This document shows positions 48,301 to 55,931 of a stretch of 64,000 nt of DNA, one piece after another. Within the stretch, counting starts at the first letter, position 1, and each line of letters begins with the position of its first letter. The position numbers and the translations under genes were made by a program. Below the pieces are notes generated by a model. It ran no database searches and was not told where the DNA came from. It saw only the letters and a list, made by a program, of their open reading frames with translations. The DNA comes from Spirosoma sp. Lineage in GTDB: Bacteria; Bacteroidota; Bacteroidia; Cytophagales; Spirosomataceae. The DNA is taken from contig JANPJE010000145.1 of NCBI GenBank assembly GCA_031425355.1, positions 5,671 through 69,670 on the forward strand. Direction: 5' to 3'.

Positions 48301-48714
48301 GAGTCGGTGGAGTTGTTCAAGCGATTCCTGAACAAAGTCAACTTCGACACGATCAGTTTCTTAACGAAAGCCGACATTCCGGCGCAGGATACTGAGGAAA
48401 TGCGGCAGGAAATTCATCAGGCTCCAACCCAGCGTCGTCCGCAGCCCCAACCGAAACTGCATACGAATATCGAGGATTTCGACGATGAGCATCTCGCTAC
48501 CGGTCCCGAAGAATACGCTCGCCGTATGGCCGAAAACGATGCGATGGGCGCGGGAGCACCACCTATGCCCCGACAAGCTCCGGTTCGGGTTGCCAAGTTA
48601 GACCGCAATGCCCGCGTGAATGTGCAGTATGCAGATGGCTCGGTAAAGCGTGATGTGAAGTTTAAAACCGTCGAGAATGACGTAATGAGTGGCCGGGCTA
48701 TGCTCATTGAGTAA
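45325..48714 (+). CDS. secA: Preprotein translocase ATPase SecA (long Bacteroidota form)
   Basis: [70 protein letters not shown]. Confidence 0.98.
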   Translation: [1129 protein letters not shown]

Positions 48715-48734
48715 TGCCTTAATCACTACTTGAT

Positions 48735-48774
48735 AAAACGCCCTCCCGATAGTACATTCGGAGGGCGTTTTTTA
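48735..48774 (+). terminator. Rho-independent terminator after secA
   Basis: aaaacgccctcc / ggagggcgtttt followed by a T-run. Confidence 0.8.
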
Positions 48775-48776
48775 TA

Positions 48777-48916
48777 CGGTCAAAAGTGGTCAGGCAATCG
48801 TCAAGAGTGGTCAGGAATAGTCAGAAACGGGCAGTGTTTCAACAACGTACTGACCACATCTGACCACTCTTGACCAACTCTGACAATACCTGACCAAATT
48901 TGACTATACCTGACAA
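48777..48916. repeat. 10-bp periodic tandem-inverted array (5-6 GTCA units, then 7 TGAC units)
   Basis: gtca at 48779, 48789, 48800, 48810, 48820; tgac at exactly 48851, 48861, 48871, 48881, 48891, 48901, 48911. Confidence 0.85.
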
Positions 48917-48947
48917 TTTATTCAGAATAAGCCGTTATCAATACAGA

Positions 48948-50030
48948 ATGAACAACGTGTTTTTAGCTCTGTTTTTGTACGGGTTTGTTTCACTGTCGCC
49001 ACCACCCGACCCAATTCGGCTCCGTTCAGAGTCGCTGCCGTTTACCCCGAAAGAATTTTATATCGCTGCCGTTACAGACCAGCGGTCCGAACGCGGGCCG
49101 ATTGCCCGGTTGGTTCTGACTGCAAATCAATCTGCCCAGCCCGTTGATTTGGAGAAAGGAGTGGCCGCCAGTTTTCAGCAGTTCATCAATCAGGGATTAA
49201 AACAAAATAAGTCGTTACGTCCCATTGCCATGCGCGTTCGACAGTGCCGGGTAAGCGAAACCGCCGTTGGCAACCGCGTAACCGGTCAGTTTTCCTATGC
49301 CGTTGCGTTTGACTTAATGGGCAAAGACGATGCCGGTGCCGAAACAAGCACTCGCCTGACCGAATACCGGGGCAGCGCGAACTACACACGCCCGGTGGGA
49401 CAGACCGATGTGATTGAATCGACAATCCGCCAAATTTTATCCGCATCGCTACGTAGTTTAAATGAGTACATGAAGCGCGAAAGCGGCAAAAATGAGAAGT
49501 TAGCCAAAAGCCTTCGGGTTAACTTCACCGACGATACCCGCATTACAGACGACGATACGGTCCAGTATAATCCAGCCCGTAAATTGACCTGGGCTGATTT
49601 TCGGGCAGAACCGCGCCGGGGAAGTCATTATGCCGCCGAGGTATTTACCAGTTTCGCCTACGAGGGGAAAAGCACCGTGAAAGATGGCGTCATTACCCTG
49701 AATCTGTCGGCCAAAGTGTATATGTTGAAAGAATCATCGTGGGCGCGGGCTGACGCCCGAAACGCCTACGCACTCAACCACGAGCAGCGGCATTTCGATA
49801 TTGTAAAGATTACGCTTGAGCGATTTAAGCGAAAAATTCAGCCCGACAGCCTGACGTTAGAAGATTACAACAGCATTATTCAGTATCAGTTTATCGAATC
49901 GTTTCGGGAGATGAACCGGATGCAGACCCAGTATGATAGTGAAACCAGGCACAGTCTCAATCAGGCTGCACAGGAAAGCTGGAACCGAAAAATTGACGCC
50001 GAACTGCGTACATTTGGGGTTATCAAATGA
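48948..50030 (+). CDS. Exported hypothetical protein with a C-terminal DUF922-like putative zinc-peptidase domain
   Basis: RKLTWADF, ALNHEQRHFDI (HExxH), MQTQYDSETRHS..QESWNRKI; ATG at 48948. Confidence 0.7.
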   Translation: MNNVFLALFLYGFVSLSPPPDPIRLRSESLPFTPKEFYIAAVTDQRSERGPIARLVLTANQSAQPVDLEKGVAASFQQFINQGLKQNKSLRPIAMRVRQCRVSETAVGNRVTGQFSYAVAFDLMGKDDAGAETSTRLTEYRGSANYTRPVGQTDVIESTIRQILSASLRSLNEYMKRESGKNEKLAKSLRVNFTDDTRITDDDTVQYNPARKLTWADFRAEPRRGSHYAAEVFTSFAYEGKSTVKDGVITLNLSAKVYMLKESSWARADARNAYALNHEQRHFDIVKITLERFKRKIQPDSLTLEDYNSIIQYQFIESFREMNRMQTQYDSETRHSLNQAAQESWNRKIDAELRTFGVIK

Positions 50031-51151
50031 AAAAAGTTCGCGTTCTGCACGTCAGCACCGCCCACCAGCCCCAGGACCCTCGCATCGTTTTCAAACAGTG
50101 TCAGACACTTACCGGGTCGTACGACGTATTTTGCGCATTACCCAACGCCAACCCAGCCGTTGCACCCGACATCCAGTTCATCCGTCTGCCTTATTTCCGA
50201 CGTGTTATTTGGCGGATACTGCTTACCTGTCCGCTTATTCTGGTACGTTGTCTATGGCTGCGACCGGGAATTGTTCACATATACGTACCGGAATTTATTC
50301 CATTTGCGTTCGTGTTCCAACTCTTTGGCGCGAAGATAATTTACGAAGTTCAGGAGAACCTGTATAAGAAAATGCAGCTCAAGGCCATTAACAACGGCTT
50401 TTGGCTGGAAAAGGCTTTTTATTGGTTTGACCATCTTGCCCGTCGGCACTTTCACCTGATTTTCACCGAGCATGGCTATCTGGACACCTATACGCAACTC
50501 GCCAAACCCCACGCGGTCATTTATAATTATCCGCTCCTCTCCTTTCTGGAGCCTTTCCGAACACCTTACCAACCCAATCAGGAACAACCATCATTTTTCT
50601 ATATTGGCTGGCTCAGTTTCGAGCGGGCGTTTGATACGCTTGTGACCAGTCTGTCGCAATTGACCATTACCCACCCGAATTTTATTGTACATCTGTTTGG
50701 TCGGCGTACCTTTGCAGACGCCGATTTGGCAGAACTTCCTCACTTCACTCATGTGCGCAAACAGTTGCGGTTTTATGGTTACACGGATCAGCGTATTGCT
50801 TTCCCTTATTCGGTCGGTGCAACAGCCGGACTGGCTCTGCTGAAACCCATCGGTGATTATCCAGATTCCTACACAACCAAACTGTTTGAGTATATGGCCC
50901 TCGGCCTGCCGGTTATTACGTCTGACTTCGCCCTTTACCGGGACGTGGTCGAACGCCATAACTGCGGCTTATGTGTGTCGGCTAATGACCCCGTACAGAT
51001 CACTACGGCACTTGTCTATTTAATTGAACATGCTGATAAGGCACGGGCCATGGGACAGCAGGGCCGGGAGGCCGTTGAGCAGTTTTATAACTGGACCAGC
51101 GAAGCCGACAAGCTATTGCGATATTATGATCTTGTTATTTCGCAAACGTAA
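50027..51151 (+). CDS. GT4 glycosyltransferase
   Basis: HQPQDPRIVFK, TKLFEYMALGLPVITSDF, YNW; ATGA overlap with the upstream gene. Confidence 0.88.
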   Translation: MKKVRVLHVSTAHQPQDPRIVFKQCQTLTGSYDVFCALPNANPAVAPDIQFIRLPYFRRVIWRILLTCPLILVRCLWLRPGIVHIYVPEFIPFAFVFQLFGAKIIYEVQENLYKKMQLKAINNGFWLEKAFYWFDHLARRHFHLIFTEHGYLDTYTQLAKPHAVIYNYPLLSFLEPFRTPYQPNQEQPSFFYIGWLSFERAFDTLVTSLSQLTITHPNFIVHLFGRRTFADADLAELPHFTHVRKQLRFYGYTDQRIAFPYSVGATAGLALLKPIGDYPDSYTTKLFEYMALGLPVITSDFALYRDVVERHNCGLCVSANDPVQITTALVYLIEHADKARAMGQQGREAVEQFYNWTSEADKLLRYYDLVISQT

Positions 51152-51296
51152 TATTCTCTAACAGAAGCATTAAAATAAAATATATCCAATACAATGTAGT
51201 ATTGTTCTAATGTTCAATACCACGTTTTCCCGGAAGGATTTAACTTTAAGGACTAATTCAAGTTATAGCTGAGTTAGCCCTCTATTATTTGGCCTG

Positions 51297-52235
51297 ATGT
51301 ACATACATGCAGTAAGCCATTATCTGCCTACGCAGGTAATTGGTAACGAACATTTTACCCAGCTTAACGGGCTGTCCAGCGAGTGGATTATCGAGCGCAC
51401 GGGCATTGTGGAACGACGTAAAGCCGCCCCCGGCGAAAATACAAATACCATGACGGTTGCTGTCATTCAACGGCTCATGGATAAAGTTGATTTGTCTGCC
51501 GTCGATCTAATCGTTGGGGCTACTTATACACCTTATGACACCATCGTTTCATTAGCCCACGAAGCGCAGCATTTCCTCGGCATTGCTGATATCCCCGTGG
51601 TTTCGGTGTCAACCGCTTGCTCCTCACTGCTCAACGCCATCGAAGTCGTAGAAGGGTATTTCGCGTTGAATAAAGCAAGCCGGGCACTCGTCATCGTATC
51701 GGAGCATAACACGCTCTATTATAATGAGACAGACACTATTTCGGGGCACTTGTGGGGCGATGGCGCAGCGGCTTTATTGATTACCAAAGAACGCCAAAGC
51801 GAAGGGGATTTTTCCATAAAAGGACTGCTCACGGGTGGGGCGGCCCACACGGCCAAGGCGACAACGGCGGTGATGATGAAACCCGCCGACGGTGGCGTTA
51901 CCATGCCACACGGCCGCGATGTATTTATCAACGCCTGTCAATACATGCCCAAAGCCAGCCTGCAAATATTGGAACGCTGCGGCCTGACGCTGGCTGATGT
52001 CGACTATATTTTGCCACACCAGGCCAATTTGCGCATCTCGCGGAACGTAATGAAAACGCTTGAGCTGCCTGAATCCAAACTGATTTCCAATATCCAGCAC
52101 TACGGAAACACGGGATGTGCGGGTTGCGCTATTGCCCTCTCGGAACAGTGGGATACGTTCAAAAAAGGAGAGCGCATTGTCGTCACCGTATTCGGGGGAG
52201 GCTACTCGTTTGGCGCAATGCTGGTGGAGGTGTAA
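51297..52235 (+). CDS. 3-oxoacyl-ACP synthase III family (FabH-like)
   Basis: WIIERTGIVERR, TACSS (Cys), WGDGAAA, PHQAN (His), GNTG (Asn), FGGG. Confidence 0.9.
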   Translation: MYIHAVSHYLPTQVIGNEHFTQLNGLSSEWIIERTGIVERRKAAPGENTNTMTVAVIQRLMDKVDLSAVDLIVGATYTPYDTIVSLAHEAQHFLGIADIPVVSVSTACSSLLNAIEVVEGYFALNKASRALVIVSEHNTLYYNETDTISGHLWGDGAAALLITKERQSEGDFSIKGLLTGGAAHTAKATTAVMMKPADGGVTMPHGRDVFINACQYMPKASLQILERCGLTLADVDYILPHQANLRISRNVMKTLELPESKLISNIQHYGNTGCAGCAIALSEQWDTFKKGERIVVTVFGGGYSFGAMLVEV

Positions 52236-52300
52236 ATAAAAGGAGGAAAGGGAGAAGAAGTGGTCTATTGGCCCCCTCCTCTCCCTTTCCTCCTTTTATT
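52235..52300. terminator. Purine/pyrimidine inverted repeat; bidirectional terminator between convergent genes
   Basis: aataaaaggaggaaagggaga / tctccctttcctccttttatt; touches both stop codons. Confidence 0.7.
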
Positions 52301-54284
52301 GGGCTTCTCCCTGCCAGATGTTGTTTTTACTATTTATATCCGGCAGTTTCTGATCGGGATCGATACTGACCGTTTTGAGAGATGAGGTCGAATTGTATCT
52401 GAATGTCCAGGTGCCTCCGCGCTGCCAGACTTCGATAGGCAGATTTACACGCCCTTTTTTACCGTTCGTTTCGGTCACTTCAACGGTAACGGGCATGGCA
52501 AACTTTTCGAGGTTTTCGATGGAAATGAGCGAGCCTTTATCAGCCGCGCCATCGACGTACTTCACCTCTTTTATGCCCTGATCCAATTTCCAGGTTTCGT
52601 AGAAATAACCCCGCCAGAACCAGCCCAGATCTTCACCGGCTCCATCTTCCATAGTGCGAAAGAAATCATAGGGCGTTGGGTGTTTAAACGCCCAGCGACT
52701 AACATAATTTTTGAAGGCATAGTCGAATCGGTCGGGACCGAGAACGACCTCACGAAGCAGTTTAAGGCCCATTCCCGGCTTGAAATACGCAAGAATGCCC
52801 AACATTCTGGCCTGCTGCACATCAGGAATGGTCATTATTGGCTCGACGGGTAAGAACAAAGCCGGGGCAAGATCATGCATCGTACCCCGTTGCCGGTCAT
52901 ATTCACCTTTATTGAAATTAGCCGTCGACAGGGTGTTGATGAACGTATTGAATCCCTCGTCCATCCATGGAAATTTCCGCTCGTTGTTACCCACAATCAT
53001 CGGGAACCAGTTGTGGCCGAACTCATGATCGGTTACGCCCCAAAGCGCATCTCTCTTGTCTTTGTGATCGCAGAAAACAATTCCCGGATACTCCATGCCA
53101 CCCACGATACCAGCCACGTTCGTTGCAACGGGGTAGCTGTATTCGTAGAGATATTTTGAGTAAAACTCAAGGCAACCCTTAACATATTCGGTCGAGCGAC
53201 CCCACGAATCATTGGTGGCACTTTCGGCGGGGTAAACCGATTGGGCAAGGGCTGGTTTGCCACTGGGCAGGTTCATTTTAGCCGCATCCCATACAAACGC
53301 CCGCGACGATGCCCACGCGACATCGCGCGTGTTCTGACACCGGAATTTCCAGGTCAGCGTACCTGATTTTTTTGGGCGGCTGTTCGCATCCGTTACTTCG
53401 TCTTTTCCCCGGATAATAACGGTCTGATCGCTTTTACGAGCCTGATCGAGCCGTTTAATTTGTTCGGCGGTCAGTACGTCGGTAGGGTTGAGCAACTCGC
53501 CCGATCCTACAACAATGTGGTCCCACGGAGCGGTAATGCTGTATTCATAGTCGCCGTAGTCGAGGTAAAACTCGCCCGCGCCCAAGTAAGGCAGTACGTT
53601 CCAGCCTTCGACATCGTCATAAACGCACATACGCGGATACCACTGCGCAATTTCATAAATGATGCCGTCCCTGCGTTTCAACTGGCCCATGCGGTCTGAG
53701 CCGTATTCCGGAATTTTAAACGAGTAGGCGACTTTCACTTTCACTACGTCGCCATTGGGTTTTACGGGTTCTGCCAGCCGAACCTGCATTCGGGTATCAG
53801 TTATGGTGTAGGGAATAGCAGCAAATTTGCTTTTGTCCTGTTCAACCGTTACGCTGGTAATTGTCAAGCCACCCGCAAAACCCTGATTACCAAACCGCCC
53901 GCCCGACACCGGCGTCGTTTTCGTCGCTCTTGAGCTATCACTAAAAGCGTTTTGGTCCAATTGAAGCCAAAGGTATGGCAGCGTTTCGGGCGAGTTGTTT
54001 TTGTAGGTAATCGTCACTTCTCCCTTGATTATATTTTGCTGATCATCGAGCGTAACAGCAATCTGATAATCAGACCTATTTTGCCAGTAACGCGGACCGG
54101 GCGCACCGCTGCCTGTGCGGTAATCATTACCGGGCTGCATATTGAACAACGGGTGAAATAAGGCAAGCGGATCGTATTTAGAACCAGCAGAAGTAGATGT
54201 AGTCCCAACAGACGATGGCCCGTTTTGAGCAAAGGAAGCCAGACCAAATAGCCAGAAGCCTGCCCATAAAGCAATTTTTTTCAT
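52296..54284 (-). CDS. M1 family metallo-aminopeptidase, secreted
   Basis: [14 protein letters not shown] (HExxH), [13 protein letters not shown]; signal peptide MKKIALWA. Confidence 0.92.
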   Translation of the reverse strand: MKKIALWAGFWLFGLASFAQNGPSSVGTTSTSAGSKYDPLALFHPLFNMQPGNDYRTGSGAPGPRYWQNRSDYQIAVTLDDQQNIIKGEVTITYKNNSPETLPYLWLQLDQNAFSDSSRATKTTPVSGGRFGNQGFAGGLTITSVTVEQDKSKFAAIPYTITDTRMQVRLAEPVKPNGDVVKVKVAYSFKIPEYGSDRMGQLKRRDGIIYEIAQWYPRMCVYDDVEGWNVLPYLGAGEFYLDYGDYEYSITAPWDHIVVGSGELLNPTDVLTAEQIKRLDQARKSDQTVIIRGKDEVTDANSRPKKSGTLTWKFRCQNTRDVAWASSRAFVWDAAKMNLPSGKPALAQSVYPAESATNDSWGRSTEYVKGCLEFYSKYLYEYSYPVATNVAGIVGGMEYPGIVFCDHKDKRDALWGVTDHEFGHNWFPMIVGNNERKFPWMDEGFNTFINTLSTANFNKGEYDRQRGTMHDLAPALFLPVEPIMTIPDVQQARMLGILAYFKPGMGLKLLREVVLGPDRFDYAFKNYVSRWAFKHPTPYDFFRTMEDGAGEDLGWFWRGYFYETWKLDQGIKEVKYVDGAADKGSLISIENLEKFAMPVTVEVTETNGKKGRVNLPIEVWQRGGTWTFRYNSTSSLKTVSIDPDQKLPDINSKNNIWQGEAQ

Positions 54285-54353
54285 GAATTTAAAGTACGTC
54301 AAACGTAGGTTTTTATACAAATATCGGCATTAAGCCCTAAAATCTGATACGAC

Positions 54354-54962
54354 TCAAAGGGACAGACTCAAATCGAGACCATGATGAATAAGCAGAAAGA
54401 TAAAGAGGCAAATCCAAAGTACATCAACGAAGTGCCAGTAGAGAGTTATCAGCTTTATTTTCAATCGATTAGGCGGATTTACGCTGTACACGAATGAGTC
54501 AACATACGGTCGGCGACGCAGGGCTTCAACCAGCATAAGGGCTATGAAAATAAGACCGATCAGAATGTGAAGCAGATGAACCCCTGATATAATGTAAACG
54601 AAGCCGCCCGCCGGATTACCTTCCAGGCCGATGCCTGACCGAATCATCTGCCGCCATCCCCAGGCTTGAAGCAAAATAAACAGCGTACCAAGCCCAAGTG
54701 TAGTGGCAATATTGGTACGGTAATTACTGAAACGTTCGTGGCGAAACGACTGAACGGCATTATGGAGCGTTAAGCTGCTTAACAAAATGACCCCCGTACT
54801 GATTAAGAATACGTTGGGCAACTTTATATCGGCCCAGTCCGGCCCGGTTCGGCGGACAACATAGGCTACCAGCAACATCGTAAACAGGATCACACTGCCT
54901 GCAATACCCAGCCAAAGCATAAAGCGGAACGGCTCGCGCCGTTTCGTTACAAAATTGCTCAT
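54354..54962 (-). CDS. Heme-copper oxidase subunit III-like protein (orphan)
   Basis: FMLWLGIAG, STGVILLSSLT, YIISGVHLLH, LYWHFVDVLW. Confidence 0.85.
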   Translation of the reverse strand: MSNFVTKRREPFRFMLWLGIAGSVILFTMLLVAYVVRRTGPDWADIKLPNVFLISTGVILLSSLTLHNAVQSFRHERFSNYRTNIATTLGLGTLFILLQAWGWRQMIRSGIGLEGNPAGGFVYIISGVHLLHILIGLIFIALMLVEALRRRPYVDSFVYSVNPPNRLKIKLITLYWHFVDVLWICLFIFLLIHHGLDLSLSL

Positions 54963-55064
54963 AGAATGTGTTCGTAATGTATAAGTTACGCCGGGTCGCC
55001 GGACGGTCCGTCGTTATTTCGGTTGGTTCCGGTGGGAACCATGACCATCAAACAACAAACTATC

Positions 55065-55871
55065 TTACAGGTTTCCTTTCCAAACGCGGTAAGCTGAAAA
55101 TTGGTTTGGCGTAGCGATTGGCGCATTAAAAATGCCATATACCGTTGAGCCGGAACCGCTCATACTGGCGTAGACTGCACCAGCCTCATACAGCTGCTGC
55201 TTAAGCTGATTCAGAACCGGATATTTTGGAAACAGGCTGTCTTCAAAATCGTTACGAACCGTGTTGCGCCAAGTGTCGATGGGCATTTGTAGCTGTTCAC
55301 AGAGTACCGTTTCGGGTTGCCGGGGTTGAACACCTGCGTAGGCTTCGGCAGTTGAGATAGCCAGATTTGGGTAAATTAGTACTACATGAAAGCCCTGCAG
55401 GTCAACACCTATATCGGCGAATACGTCACCTTTTTCGGTGCAGTATAGTGGCCTATTTTGAATAAAGAACGCACAGTCACTACCTAATTTACGGGCATAA
55501 TTTTCTAATTGAGCGACGTCTAATCCTACCGCAAATTGCTCATTCAGGAGTTTGAGCATGAAAGCAGCATCGGCAGAGCCACCGCCCAGACCAGCACCAA
55601 TCGGCACAATTTTGTGAAGATGTATCTGGATTGGTGGCAGGTCAAAATCAGCTTTTAGCAGTTCATACGCCCGAACGCAAAGATTTTTGGCCGACTCACC
55701 CGGAATGGGCAACCCACTACTACTGAACGAGAATGTAGAAGAGGGAATGGATTCCAACGCATCGCTCCACCCGACCGGATAAAAGCACGATTGCAGATTA
55801 TGAAACCCATCGGACCGCTTTTCGGTGATGCGCAGACCGATGTTGATTTTACAGGACGGAAAGACGAGCAC
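55065..55871 (-). CDS. ispE: 4-(cytidine 5'-diphospho)-2-C-methyl-D-erythritol kinase
   Basis: KINIGL, PIGAGLGGGSADAA, LGSDCAFF, NDFE, SMSGSGSTVYG; GTG start at 55871. Confidence 0.95.
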   Translation of the reverse strand: MLVFPSCKINIGLRITEKRSDGFHNLQSCFYPVGWSDALESIPSSTFSFSSSGLPIPGESAKNLCVRAYELLKADFDLPPIQIHLHKIVPIGAGLGGGSADAAFMLKLLNEQFAVGLDVAQLENYARKLGSDCAFFIQNRPLYCTEKGDVFADIGVDLQGFHVVLIYPNLAISTAEAYAGVQPRQPETVLCEQLQMPIDTWRNTVRNDFEDSLFPKYPVLNQLKQQLYEAGAVYASMSGSGSTVYGIFNAPIATPNQFSAYRVWKGNL

Positions 55872-55931
55872 AGTATAGAAAGACAAATGATAGTCAGTAA
55901 ACGCTACGTAAAGGAATATCATTCATCACGC

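Noticed and set aside
48777-48916. CRISPR array or iteron interpretation of the periodic repeats
   Set aside because: Units are 10 bp with a 4-bp core, there are no unique 30-40 bp spacers, and no cas or rep genes are present.
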